From an uncultured Rhodobacteraceae bacterium (GTDB lineage: Bacteria; Pseudomonadota; Alphaproteobacteria; Rhodobacterales; Rhodobacteraceae): a stretch of DNA of 64,000 nt. The translations under genes and the position numbers were made by a program. How positions within the stretch are numbered: position 1 is the stretch's first letter; each line of letters begins with the position of its first letter. The notes under the pieces are model-generated. The model was not told the DNA's origin and did not search any database. It saw nothing but the letters and a program-made list of their open reading frames with translations. Positions 39,919 through 49,349 of the stretch are shown here, one piece after another. The stretch spans positions 14,622 to 78,621 of the forward strand of contig CAKZOU010000033.1 of NCBI GenBank assembly GCA_937138255.1, written 5' to 3'.

Positions 39919-42156
39919 ATGGCCGGTCGCATCCGCAAGATCGCCCGTCGCAGTTTCCTTGTGGGCTCTGTCGCCATCGCGGGCGGCGTGGCATTTGGGG
40001 TCTATAAATGGCGGGAAGTGCCGCCCAATCCGCTGGAGCCCTCGGACGGCGCGATCCCGCTCAATCCTTTTGTCGTCATCACGCGCGAGGGCGTGATGAT
40101 CATCACGCCCAAGGCCGAGATGGGCCAGGGCGTGCAATCCACTTGGGCCGCGCTGGCGGCGGAAGAGTTGGATGTCGAATGGGAGGATATCTCTGTCCTG
40201 CACGGCCCACCCGCGCAGGCCTATTTCAACTCTGCGCTCTTTGGTGAAGCTGTGCCGGGGCTGGCCTATAAGGTCGGGCCGACGGGCGCCTATATTCGCG
40301 ATCTCGCGGGGGGTGGGGCCAAGCTTCTGAGCCTGCAACTCACCGGCGGCTCGACCTCGACCCGCGATGGATACGAGAAGATGCGAATGGCCGGCGCCAC
40401 CGCCCGCGAGACGCTCAAGATCGTCGCGGCCCGCAGGCTTGGCGTCGGGCTGGGCGAATTGAGCACGACCTCGGGCGAAGTCATCGCCCGCGACGGCCGG
40501 CGCATTTCCTATGCCGAACTGGCCGAAGAGGCCGCGAGCATCGAGCCACCCAAGGTCGAGCTGCGTGATCCGTCTCAATGGCGCTATCTCGGCAAGACCA
40601 TGCCGCGCCTCGACATGATCCCCAAGGTGACGGGCAAGGCCCAATACGCCATCGACGTGCGTCTGCCGGGGATGAAATTTGCCACGGTCCGCATGAACCC
40701 CCGCCGCACCGACATGATCAGCTATGACGCGTCGGTTGCGCTGGCGATGGAGGGGGTCGAACAGGTGATCGACCTCGGCAGCGGCATTGCCGTGGTTGCC
40801 CGCAACACCTGGATCGCCTTTCAGGCGGCTGAGGCGGTCGAGATCGTCTGGGGCGAGCCCGCCTATCCCAAATCGACGGAGGCGCTGAACGCGCTGGCGC
40901 TCACCGCCTTCGACCGCCCCGCCAACAGCACCCCGCGTGACGAAGGCGATTTGGACAAGCCGCAAGACGGCATCGAGATCACCGCCGAGTATGAGGCGCC
41001 GTGGCTTGCGCATACGACAATGGAGCCGATGTCCTCCGCCGCCCTCTTCTCGGGCGGCAAGCTCACGCTCTGGTCGGGTGCGCAGGCGCCGATCCTGTCT
41101 CGTGACCGCGCCGCCGAGGCGATCGGCCTCTCGCCCGAGGATGTCGAGCTGATCGTCCCCTTTCTGGGCGGCGGCTATGGGCGCCGCTCGGTGGCCGATT
41201 TCTCGATCCTTGCCGCCAAGGTCGCGGCGGCGATGCCCGAAGTACCTGTCTCCGTCACCTGGAGTCGCGAAGAGGATATGCGCAACGACTACTATCGCCC
41301 TGCCGCCTGGGGGCGGTTCCGGGGCGTGGTCCGGGACGGCCAAGCCGTCCTGCTCGACGGCAAGATCGCCTCGACCTCGCTTACCAACGACTCGACCCCG
41401 CCCGAGGATCCGACCGAAAAGCAAATGGGCGACCGGGAGCTTGTGGCCGGCGCCTGGGACCAACCCTACGGCATCCCCAACTACCGGATCTCGGGCCATA
41501 CCGCCCGCACCGGCGCGCCGGTCGGCTACTGGCGATCTGTGGGCGCGAGCTACAATGGCTTCTTCTTCGATACGTTCATCGACGAGTTGGCCCACGCGGC
41601 CCAGCGCGATCCCCTTCAATTCCGCCTCGAGATGGCGCGGAAGGAACACGCGCCATCAGCAGGTGCAATCGAAGCTGTCGCCGAAATGTCGGATTGGGGT
41701 GCCGCTCGTGCCGATGGCACCGCTCTGGGTATCGGCTTCACATATTCGTTCGGCGCAGCGGTCGCGCAGGTCGTTCAGGTGTCGCAGCGCGATCGCGGCA
41801 TCTCGATCGACAATGTCTGGATCGCGGCAGATGTGGGGCGGGCGCTCGACCCCGGCAATCTTGAGGCTCAACTCTCGGGTGGTGCGATTTTCGGCCTGTC
41901 AGCTGCGGTCTTTGGCAAAGTGACATTTAGCGACGGCATCGCCGAGCAGCAGAATTTCTGGGACTACGACGCCCTCAGAATGCCATCCGCACCAGCAACA
42001 GAGGTAAGGATTCTGGAATCTGCCTACCGGATTTCAGGCGTTGGCGAGGTCGCGGTTCCGCCTGCGGCGCCTGCGCTCGGGAACGCCCTTTTCCGCCTCA
42101 CGGGCCTGAGAGCCCGCACCCTGCCCCTCATCGGCACATTCAACCTATTGGTGTAA
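39919..42156 (+). CDS. Molybdopterin-binding large subunit of a molybdenum hydroxylase (IorB-like)
   Basis: 745 aa with a Tat-type signal (RRSFLVGSVAIAGG) and aldehyde-oxidase/xanthine-dehydrogenase-family blocks. It starts 3 nt after the small-subunit gene. Confidence 0.85.
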   Translation: MAGRIRKIARRSFLVGSVAIAGGVAFGVYKWREVPPNPLEPSDGAIPLNPFVVITREGVMIITPKAEMGQGVQSTWAALAAEELDVEWEDISVLHGPPAQAYFNSALFGEAVPGLAYKVGPTGAYIRDLAGGGAKLLSLQLTGGSTSTRDGYEKMRMAGATARETLKIVAARRLGVGLGELSTTSGEVIARDGRRISYAELAEEAASIEPPKVELRDPSQWRYLGKTMPRLDMIPKVTGKAQYAIDVRLPGMKFATVRMNPRRTDMISYDASVALAMEGVEQVIDLGSGIAVVARNTWIAFQAAEAVEIVWGEPAYPKSTEALNALALTAFDRPANSTPRDEGDLDKPQDGIEITAEYEAPWLAHTTMEPMSSAALFSGGKLTLWSGAQAPILSRDRAAEAIGLSPEDVELIVPFLGGGYGRRSVADFSILAAKVAAAMPEVPVSVTWSREEDMRNDYYRPAAWGRFRGVVRDGQAVLLDGKIASTSLTNDSTPPEDPTEKQMGDRELVAGAWDQPYGIPNYRISGHTARTGAPVGYWRSVGASYNGFFFDTFIDELAHAAQRDPLQFRLEMARKEHAPSAGAIEAVAEMSDWGAARADGTALGIGFTYSFGAAVAQVVQVSQRDRGISIDNVWIAADVGRALDPGNLEAQLSGGAIFGLSAAVFGKVTFSDGIAEQQNFWDYDALRMPSAPATEVRILESAYRISGVGEVAVPPAAPALGNALFRLTGLRARTLPLIGTFNLLV

Positions 42157-42200
42157 ATTCGAAAAAACGCCACAAAGCGCCCGCCAATGGCCCCGATTGA

Positions 42201-42234
42201 AACGAATTGACGCCCAAAGCCTTGGGTATTCGTT
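42201..42234 (+). other. Imperfect stem-loop upstream of the Hint-domain gene
   Basis: AACGAAT-tgacg-CCCAA-agcc-TTGGG-t-ATTCGTT. It overlaps a possible TTGACG -35 box about 60-90 nt upstream of the ATG at 42294. Confidence 0.3.
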
Positions 42235-42293
42235 AATGGATAAAGTGCTCGGCTTGGAAAAAGACGGGGCAACCATAAATGGTGAAAACCTGA

Positions 42294-42962
42294 ATGTTTG
42301 AATTCTCAAATGAGCTTCTCAACATGCTCAAGGCCCAGGCCGAACCTGTGAGTAACCAGTTGTCCTTTGAAAAGGTGGCTGAGTTCCAGCCCGATCATGT
42401 CATCTGTTTCACGCCTAAAACACTGATTGCGACCCCTCGTGGCGCTCGTGCCGTGGAAACACTCGATGTAGGCGATCTTGTCATGACGCGGGACCACGGG
42501 ATGCAGCCGATCCGCTGGATTCAGTCGCGGACCGTTTCCGGTATCGCGCAATTTGCTCCAATCCGCCTCAAGAAAGGCGTGCTGAGAGGAATGGATGACG
42601 ATTTGGTCGTCTCGCCCCGCCACCGGGTTCTGCTGCAGGGCTACAGGGCCGAGCTCTTGTTTGGCGAGAGCGAGGTTCTCGTGGCCGCCGAGAACCTTAT
42701 CGACGGCGACACGGTACGACGTGACCGCCGGCAGAACGTCACCTACATCCACATTCTCTTCGACCAGCACGAGGTCATCTACGCCAATGGAGCGCCGACG
42801 GAGAGCTTTCATCCGACGGATCGCTCACTTGCCGCTGTCGAGCCGCAGGCCCGAGAGGAGCTATTCGCGATCTTTCCTGAATTGAGGTCGCTTCCGGCAA
42901 GCTATGGTAAAACTGCCCGGCGCTGCCTTCAGCCGCACGAAGTCGAGCTGGTGAGGATCTGA
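42294..42962 (+). CDS. Hint (Hedgehog/intein, bacterial intein-like) domain protein
   Basis: 222 aa with a Hint N-terminal block (CFTPKTLIATPRGARAVETLDVGDLVMTRDHG) and a C-terminal block (ILFDQHEVIYANGAPTESFHP). GC is about 48% by hand count over 42301-42360. Confidence 0.8.
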   Translation: MFEFSNELLNMLKAQAEPVSNQLSFEKVAEFQPDHVICFTPKTLIATPRGARAVETLDVGDLVMTRDHGMQPIRWIQSRTVSGIAQFAPIRLKKGVLRGMDDDLVVSPRHRVLLQGYRAELLFGESEVLVAAENLIDGDTVRRDRRQNVTYIHILFDQHEVIYANGAPTESFHPTDRSLAAVEPQAREELFAIFPELRSLPASYGKTARRCLQPHEVELVRI

Positions 42963-42972
42963 TCCGCTCGGC

Positions 42973-43434
42973 TCACTCGATCCCGTTCGCAACCTGAAGG
43001 GCGCGCGCATATTTCAGCACCAACGCTGTCTCGGCTTCAGTGATTCCCGGAATCGACGGCATATTTCCGTAGGGCCAATGGTGCGCCCTCACGCCGACAG
43101 TCGGAGCATAGAGAAAGCTGATATCTGCGTGGTGACTGGGCTCATAGATCTCGTGCACCAGAGGGGGGCCATAGCCATCACGCCCGCCGGCGTTCTTGCC
43201 ATGGCACTTGGCACAGAACGCATTGAATGCCGTTTCTCCAGCACGCTCGTCCGATCCCAACTCGGGCACGATAACATCCACCATCGGTACTCCGAGATCC
43301 GCAGTCCCATCGCTTGCTAGCTGTTGAGAGTAGGCCAAATAGCCAATCACACACGCGGCCAAAAGACCCGCCAGCGAGGCAAAGAGTGTTCTGTTCATAC
43401 TTCTTCGAAGTCCTGCCGCTCTATTCTTTTTCAA
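42973..43434 (-). CDS. Membrane-anchored mono-haem c-type cytochrome
   Basis: 153 aa with an N-terminal TM anchor and the haem motif CAKCHG. It has a low-GC 5' end and an AT-rich upstream region. Confidence 0.75.
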   Translation of the reverse strand: MKKNRAAGLRRSMNRTLFASLAGLLAACVIGYLAYSQQLASDGTADLGVPMVDVIVPELGSDERAGETAFNAFCAKCHGKNAGGRDGYGPPLVHEIYEPSHHADISFLYAPTVGVRAHHWPYGNMPSIPGITEAETALVLKYARALQVANGIE

Positions 43435-43477
43435 CTTAAAATTTAAATACGACTAATAACCCCAACCGGAAGTAAGA

Positions 43478-44230
43478 TCAACGATTTGCGCGCCATTCCC
43501 GCGCCGCCTTTCCAAAAGCTTCAAACAATGGCCGAGATACAGGATCATTGGCCGCGTTCCACTCAGGATGCCACTGAACCGAGAGGCAAAACCCTTGCGC
43601 CCCGTCGACATAGATCGCTTCGGGGGTTCCGTCAGGCGCGGTTCCGTCGACGACGATTCTCTTGCCCGGCCGACGTATGCCCTGCCCGTGAAGCGTATTG
43701 GTCATGACCTCGTTCGCGCCGAATAACTTGGCAAAGGGGCCATCCGGGGTCAGCGTGACCTTGTGCCGGATGGCAAATTTATCGGCCAGCGTTCCGTCTG
43801 GCGGCATCCGGTGATTGTCGCGCCCCGGCAAATCGCGGATTTCGGGATCCAAAGAGCCGCCCATCGCCACATTGACCTCTTGAAAGCCCCGACAAATTCC
43901 CAAAAAGGGCTGGCCCCGCTCGACGCAGGCCCTGACAAGCGGCAAGGTGATGGCATCCCGGTTGCGATCAAACATTCCGTGCGCCGGCGTTTCGGCCTCG
44001 CCATATTCCTCGGGATGAACATTGGGGCGGCCGCCGGTCAGTAGAAATCCGTCGCAGGCCTCGAGTAGTTCCGGCACCGATACAATTTCCGGGTCAGCAG
44101 GGATCAGAAGCGGCATCGCCCCCGACACATGGGCAATCGCGCAGGAATTCATCGCGCCGACCGCATGAACCGGGTAGTCGTCGCCAAGGATGTTTGAATT
44201 GCCGATAATGCCAATGACAGGGCGAGACAT
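43478..44230 (-). CDS. Gamma-glutamyl-gamma-aminobutyrate hydrolase-family class I glutamine amidotransferase (peptidase C26)
   Basis: 250 aa with the nucleophile motif GICRGFQ and the His-Glu region VQWHPEW. Confidence 0.8.
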   Translation of the reverse strand: MSRPVIGIIGNSNILGDDYPVHAVGAMNSCAIAHVSGAMPLLIPADPEIVSVPELLEACDGFLLTGGRPNVHPEEYGEAETPAHGMFDRNRDAITLPLVRACVERGQPFLGICRGFQEVNVAMGGSLDPEIRDLPGRDNHRMPPDGTLADKFAIRHKVTLTPDGPFAKLFGANEVMTNTLHGQGIRRPGKRIVVDGTAPDGTPEAIYVDGAQGFCLSVQWHPEWNAANDPVSRPLFEAFGKAAREWRANR

Positions 44231-44237
44231 AATTCCT

Positions 44238-44255
44238 CACTCAAAATTTTGAGTG
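44238..44255. promoter_or_regulatory. 18-bp perfect palindrome immediately upstream of the puuD-like gene
   Basis: CACTCAAAATTTTGAGTG, 7 nt from the ATG at 44230. On the - strand it runs directly into the SD-like GAGGAA. Confidence 0.35.
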
Positions 44256-44263
44256 GAGTGTAT

Positions 44264-44322
44264 GCTCACAGAACTCCCCTGCAAACAGGGGTGAGCCTCG
44301 CATCAGCGCACACTCCTGTGCG
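44264..44322. other. Two further stem-loops in the glcG / puuD-like intergenic region
   Basis: A composite hairpin of GCTCA...TGAGC enclosing CCCCTG-caaa-CAGGGG (44264-44296), and CGCACA-ctcc-TGTGCG (44307-44322). Confidence 0.4.
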
Positions 44323-44341
44323 GCAAAAAACCGAATTTGGC

Positions 44342-44770
44342 CTAGTCTTCGCCCGTCAGGCCCGCCGCGTCGATCCCTGCCAAAGCGCAGATCACGTCGT
44401 TGTCGCTCGTATCGCCGGTCACGCCGACGGCGCCGATGATCTTGCCCGCCTTGTCGCGGACAAGAACACCGCCGGGAACCGGGACAACCTTGCCGTCATA
44501 GACGCCGTTCATGGCGGCCATGAAATAGGCCTGTTGCTCGGCCCGCGCCATTTGGGCCCGTCCGGCAATGCCGAGCATCACCGAGCCATAGGCCTTGCCC
44601 TGCGCGATGCCGAAGCGGCCAGGGGCCGCCCCGTCTTCGCGCTCGAAGGCTTTGACATGGCCGCCGCTGTCGAGGACGACAACGGCGAGGGGCTCCAGCG
44701 CCAGCTCGCGCCCTTTGGCAATCGCCTTGCGGATGATAGTCCGCGCCTTGGTGATCGAAATCTCAGCCAT
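44342..44770 (-). CDS. glcG: GlcG/HbpS-like haem-binding protein (DUF336)
   Basis: 142 aa with a family-typical sequence (ITKARTIIRKAIAKGRELALEPLAVVVLDSGGH). It lies 25 nt downstream of glcB. Confidence 0.8.
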   Translation of the reverse strand: MAEISITKARTIIRKAIAKGRELALEPLAVVVLDSGGHVKAFEREDGAAPGRFGIAQGKAYGSVMLGIAGRAQMARAEQQAYFMAAMNGVYDGKVVPVPGGVLVRDKAGKIIGAVGVTGDTSDNDVICALAGIDAAGLTGED

Positions 44771-44795
44771 GTCGTCCTCCCTGTGACGCCCTGCC

Positions 44796-46943
44796 CTAGT
44801 TGCGGCCGAGCGCCTTCAACTCGAGGCGGCGGCGATGCAGGACCGGCTCTGTATACCCCGAAGGCTGGACCCGTCCCTCGAACACAAGGTCGCAGGCCGC
44901 CTGAAAGGCGATATCGTTGAACTCGGGCGCCATCGGCCGGTAGAACGGGTCGCCCGCGTTCTGACGATCCACCACCTCGGCCATCTTCTTCATTGCCGCC
45001 ATCGTGTCCTCGCGGCTGACAATACCATGGTGCAGCCAGTTGGCGATATGCTGCGACGAGATCCGGCAAGTGGCGCGGTCTTCCATCAGGCCCACATCGT
45101 GAATGTCGGGCACCTTGGAACAGCCGACCCCCTGATCGACCCAGCGCACCACATAGCCAAGGATGCCTTGGGCGTTGTTTTCAACCTCGCGGATGATCTG
45201 CTCGCGGGTCCACTTGCGGTAGGTCGCCAGCGGAATGTCGAGGAGCGCATCCACATAGGCCCGGCGTCCGCCCGTGGCGAGGCGCGCCTGAACGGCGAAG
45301 ACGTCGATCTTGTGGTAATGCAGCGCGTGCAGGGTCGCCGCCGTGGGCGACGGCACCCAGGCACAGTTTGCGCCCGCCTTGGGGTGGTCGATCTTCTGCT
45401 CGAGCATCGCCGCCATCTGGTCGGGCATGGCCCACATGCCCTTGCCGATCTGGGCCTTGCCGGAAAGGCCGCACTCGAGGCCGATATCGACGTTCTGGTT
45501 CTCGTAAGCCGTGATCCAGCCCTTGCGTTTGATGAAATCCTTGCGGCTGAAGGGGCCGGCTTCCATCGAGGTGTGGATCTCGTCGCCGGTGCGGTCGAGA
45601 AAGCCCGTGTTGATGAAAGCCACACGGTTCTTCGCGGCGCGGATGCATTCCTTGAGGTTGACCGAGGTGCGGCGCTCTTCGTCCATCACGCCAAGCTTCA
45701 CCGTGTCTTGCGGCAGGCCGAGCATCTTTTCCACATGGGTAAAGATCTCGTCGGCAAAAGCCACCTCTTCCGGCCCGTGCATCTTGGGCTTGACCACATA
45801 GACCGAACCCTTGACCGAATTTCCGCCCTTTTGCTTGAGGTCGTGAATGGCGATGAGCGTCGTCACGGCGGCATCCATCAGCCCCTCGAAAACCTCGTCG
45901 CCATTGCGATCAAGGATCGCGGGATTGGTCATCAGGTGGCCGACGTTGCGGATCCACAGAAGCGCACGGCCCTTGATCGAGGTTTCCTTGCCGTTCGGAT
46001 CAAGGAACGACAGATCGGGATTGAGACGGCGGGTGAAGGTCTGCCCCCCTTTTGACACTTCTTCCGACAAATCGCCCTTCATCAGGCCAAGCCAGTTGCG
46101 ATAGGCAACCACCTTGTCCTCGGCATCGACGCAAGCGACCGAATCCTCGCAATCCATGATCGCCGAAAGCGCGCTTTCGAGCCGCACATCCGCCAGAAGC
46201 GCCTGATCGCGGCTGCCGATGAAATGGGCGCGATCGAACACGAGCTCGACGTGCAGCCCGTTGTTGCGCAGGATCACCGAATGCGGCGCCTTGGGATGGC
46301 CGCGATAGCCCACGAATTTCTCAGGGTTCACGAGCGGCAGGTCATCGACCAGAAGCTGCCCCTTCTCCACATGATAGCGGCGCACATCGGCGTGGCTCGT
46401 GCCGGCAATCGGGAAAGCCTCGTCAAGAAACACCCGCGCCCGCGCCACAACCCGTGCGCCCCGACCGCGCTCGTAGCCGCCCTTGGGGATCGGGCCGGCC
46501 ATCGCATCGGTGCCATAGAGGCAATCATAAAGGCTGCCCCAGCGGGCATTGGCGGCGTTCAGCGCATAGCGGGCGTTGGTGATCGGCACCACAAGCTGCG
46601 GGCCAGCAACCGAGGCGATCTCGGGGTCGACATTCGAGGTGCCGATCTGGAAATCCTCACCTTCGGGCACAAGATAGCCGATCTCGCCAAGAAAGGCTTT
46701 GTAGGCCTCGTTGTCATGCGGCTTGTCGCGGTGGGCGATGTGCCAGGCGTCGATCTTGGACTGGATATCATCCCGCTTGGCGAGAAGTGCGCGGTTCTTC
46801 GGGCCGAGGTCGTGAACAAGGCTCGAAAGCCCGGTCCAGAAGGCATCGGCGCCAATGCCGGTTCCCCCAAGCGCCTCCGTTTCAACAAAAGCCGCCAGCT
46901 CAGCCGCGACCTTCATTCCAGCTCTCTCAACGCGTTCGACCAT
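44796..46943 (-). CDS. glcB: Malate synthase G
   Basis: 715 aa, with the size and blocks typical of the G form (e.g. [16 protein letters not shown]). Confidence 0.95.
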   Translation of the reverse strand: MVERVERAGMKVAAELAAFVETEALGGTGIGADAFWTGLSSLVHDLGPKNRALLAKRDDIQSKIDAWHIAHRDKPHDNEAYKAFLGEIGYLVPEGEDFQIGTSNVDPEIASVAGPQLVVPITNARYALNAANARWGSLYDCLYGTDAMAGPIPKGGYERGRGARVVARARVFLDEAFPIAGTSHADVRRYHVEKGQLLVDDLPLVNPEKFVGYRGHPKAPHSVILRNNGLHVELVFDRAHFIGSRDQALLADVRLESALSAIMDCEDSVACVDAEDKVVAYRNWLGLMKGDLSEEVSKGGQTFTRRLNPDLSFLDPNGKETSIKGRALLWIRNVGHLMTNPAILDRNGDEVFEGLMDAAVTTLIAIHDLKQKGGNSVKGSVYVVKPKMHGPEEVAFADEIFTHVEKMLGLPQDTVKLGVMDEERRTSVNLKECIRAAKNRVAFINTGFLDRTGDEIHTSMEAGPFSRKDFIKRKGWITAYENQNVDIGLECGLSGKAQIGKGMWAMPDQMAAMLEQKIDHPKAGANCAWVPSPTAATLHALHYHKIDVFAVQARLATGGRRAYVDALLDIPLATYRKWTREQIIREVENNAQGILGYVVRWVDQGVGCSKVPDIHDVGLMEDRATCRISSQHIANWLHHGIVSREDTMAAMKKMAEVVDRQNAGDPFYRPMAPEFNDIAFQAACDLVFEGRVQPSGYTEPVLHRRRLELKALGRN

Positions 46944-47133
46944 CGACCGATTCCCTTGACTGTATGCATTGGTATGCAGGTATTGGCGCCGACCTAGCGC
47001 AAAAGTTTCCGATCGGCAACAGGATCGCGGTCATCTTCCCTGACCAATCCGCACGATACCGCCCTGCAACCGCCCTTGCTCCGCCCGCGCCCCTGTCCTA
47101 GAAGCCTTGGCGATACGTTGCGAGGAGTGCCCC

Positions 47134-48645
47134 ATGCTCGATTTGACCTATGACGCCCCCAAACCCAAAGTCATCGCCGGTGCGACCGGCGACTGGGAAC
47201 TGGTGATCGGCCTCGAGGTTCACGCGCAGGTGGCGACCGCCGCCAAGCTCTTCTCCGGCGCCTCGACCCAGTTCGGCGCCGAGCCCAATTCCAACGTCGC
47301 CTTCGTCGATGCGGGGATGCCCGGAATGCTGCCGGTGATCAACGAGGGCTGCGTGGCGCAGGCCGTGCGCACCGGCCTTGGCCTGAAGGCCGAGATCAAC
47401 CTCTGGTCGGCCTTCGACCGCAAGAACTATTTCTACCCCGACCTGCCGCAGGGCTATCAGATTTCGCAGCTCTACCACCCGATCGTCGGCGAAGGCGAAG
47501 TCCTTGTCGAGATGGGCAATGGCACGGCCCGGCTTGTGCGGATCGAGCGCATCCACCTCGAGCAGGACGCCGGCAAATCCATCCACGACATGGATCCGGC
47601 AATGTCCTTCGTCGATCTCAACCGCACCGGCGTTGCCCTGATGGAAATCGTGAGCCGCCCCGATATCCGCGGCCCCGAAGAGGCCGCCGCCTATGTCGGC
47701 AAGCTGCGCCAGATCATGCGCTACCTCGGCACCTGCGACGGCAATATGCAGAACGGCAATCTGCGCGCCGACGTCAACGTCTCGGTCTGCCGCCCCGGCG
47801 ACTACGAGAAATATCAGGCGACACAGGATTTCTCGCATCTCGGCACCCGCTGCGAGATCAAGAACATGAACTCGATGCGTTTCATCCAGATGGCCATCGA
47901 ATATGAGGCCCGCCGCCAGATCGCGATCCTCGAGGATGGCGGCAAGGTCAGCCAGGAAACCCGCCTCTACGACCCCGACAAGAACGAGACCCGCTCGATG
48001 CGCTCGAAGGAAGAGGCGCACGACTACCGCTATTTCCCCGATCCCGACCTTCTGCCCTTGGAAATCGAGCAGGCCTGGGTCGACGATATCGCCGCCAGCC
48101 TGCCCGAGCTTCCCGACGACAAGAAAGCCCGCTTCATGGGCGATTTCGGCCTGTCGGACTATGACGCCTCGGTGTTGACCGCCGAGGTCGCCAACGCCGC
48201 CTATTTCGAGAAAGTGGCTGAAGGCCGCGACGGCAAGCTCGCCGCCAACTGGGTCATCAACGAGCTTTTCGGCCGCCTCAAGAAAGAGGACCACTCGATC
48301 GAGGAAAGCCCCGTCTCGCCCGACCAACTGGGCAAGATCGTCGGCCTCATCACCAAGGGCGATATCTCGGGCAAGATCGCCAAAGATCTCTTCGAGATCA
48401 TCTACACCGAAGGCGGCGATCCTGAAGAAATCGTCGAAGCCCGCGGCATGAAGCAAGTGACCGACACCGGCGCCATCGAAGCCGCCGTCGACGCCGTGAT
48501 CGCCGAAAACCCCGCGCAGGTCGAAAAGGCCAAGGCCAACCCCAAACTCGCGGGCTGGTTCGTCGGACAAGTGATGAAGGCAACGGGCGGCAAGGCCAAC
48601 CCGGCGGCGGTCAACGAACTTGTCACCAGAAAGCTCGGGCTCTAG
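47134..48645 (+). CDS. gatB: Asp-tRNA(Asn)/Glu-tRNA(Gln) amidotransferase subunit B
   Basis: ORF trimmed to the ATG at 47134, preceded by GAGGAG. Motifs VIGLEVHAQ and a C-terminal YqeY-like tail. Confidence 0.95.
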   Translation: MLDLTYDAPKPKVIAGATGDWELVIGLEVHAQVATAAKLFSGASTQFGAEPNSNVAFVDAGMPGMLPVINEGCVAQAVRTGLGLKAEINLWSAFDRKNYFYPDLPQGYQISQLYHPIVGEGEVLVEMGNGTARLVRIERIHLEQDAGKSIHDMDPAMSFVDLNRTGVALMEIVSRPDIRGPEEAAAYVGKLRQIMRYLGTCDGNMQNGNLRADVNVSVCRPGDYEKYQATQDFSHLGTRCEIKNMNSMRFIQMAIEYEARRQIAILEDGGKVSQETRLYDPDKNETRSMRSKEEAHDYRYFPDPDLLPLEIEQAWVDDIAASLPELPDDKKARFMGDFGLSDYDASVLTAEVANAAYFEKVAEGRDGKLAANWVINELFGRLKKEDHSIEESPVSPDQLGKIVGLITKGDISGKIAKDLFEIIYTEGGDPEEIVEARGMKQVTDTGAIEAAVDAVIAENPAQVEKAKANPKLAGWFVGQVMKATGGKANPAAVNELVTRKLGL

Positions 48646-48648
48646 GCC

Positions 48649-49224
48649 CTAAAGAAGCTTGCGCACATAGACGCTGTCCCATCGACCCTCGCGGTCGATG
48701 GCATAGCCTTCGCTCAGAAACAGCTCGAGCGGGCCAAAGTGATTTGCCCCTGGGGTATTCGCCTTCGGGCGCGGGTTGCCCTCAATGAGGGACATCCCTA
48801 GCGACCGCCCCCAGTCCTCGGCCCCGCGCAACAAGGCCCGCGCCGCGCCCTGCCCCCGCGCCGAGGGCGCAACCATGAAGCAGGACATGAACACCACCTG
48901 ATCGTTGTCAAACCCCGGCGTCGGATCGTCGGCAAACGCCGTCATGTCAGACTTGCGCGCCGCGTTGCACCACCCGACAACCCTGTCCTCGACAACCGCG
49001 AAAAGCCCGCTCATCCGCCCTTCGGAAATCATCCCGCAACTCGCCGCCCGATTTTCAGCCGCCGTCCGCGTCGACCAATGCGCGCCCGTGGAGCGATCAA
49101 AATAGAAGGCATGACAATAGCAGCTGGCCCAATCCGGCTTGTCGGCAAAAATATCGCCGTCGAAAAAACCCGTGAAGGTCTCGACCCTATCCGGGGTCAG
49201 CGTGACAATTCGAACCTCGCTCAT
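48649..49224 (-). CDS. GNAT-family N-acetyltransferase
   Basis: 191 aa with the acetyl-CoA binding motif RGQGAARALL. Confidence 0.7.
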   Translation of the reverse strand: MSEVRIVTLTPDRVETFTGFFDGDIFADKPDWASCYCHAFYFDRSTGAHWSTRTAAENRAASCGMISEGRMSGLFAVVEDRVVGWCNAARKSDMTAFADDPTPGFDNDQVVFMSCFMVAPSARGQGAARALLRGAEDWGRSLGMSLIEGNPRPKANTPGANHFGPLELFLSEGYAIDREGRWDSVYVRKLL

Positions 49225-49276
49225 TCCGCGATCTTGTCAGCCATGCCGCCGGTCGGTCAAGGCAAGGGCCTCTCAC

Positions 49277-49342
49277 CTTCTTTTGGCTCCAAATACTCCG
49301 GGGGTGAACGGGCCGTCAGGCCCGGAGGGGGCAGCGCCCCCT
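49277..49342 (-). repeat. Intergenic repeat element, copy 2 (two hairpins + conserved tail)
   Basis: On the - strand: AGGGGGC-gct-GCCCCCT, CGGGCC-tgac-GGCCCG, then CACCCCCGGAGTATTTGGAGCCAAAAGAAGG. The tail matches 15814-15844. Confidence 0.45.
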
Positions 49343-49349
49343 TCCCGCG

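Noticed and set aside
38884-41649. A 921-aa ORF on the - strand, the longest ORF in the window.
   Set aside because: It lies antisense to kynA and the iorAB-like genes, which carry strong family motifs. Its product is Arg/Gly/Ala/Pro-rich with no recognisable domain. This is a typical shadow ORF of GC-rich DNA, where stop codons are rare.
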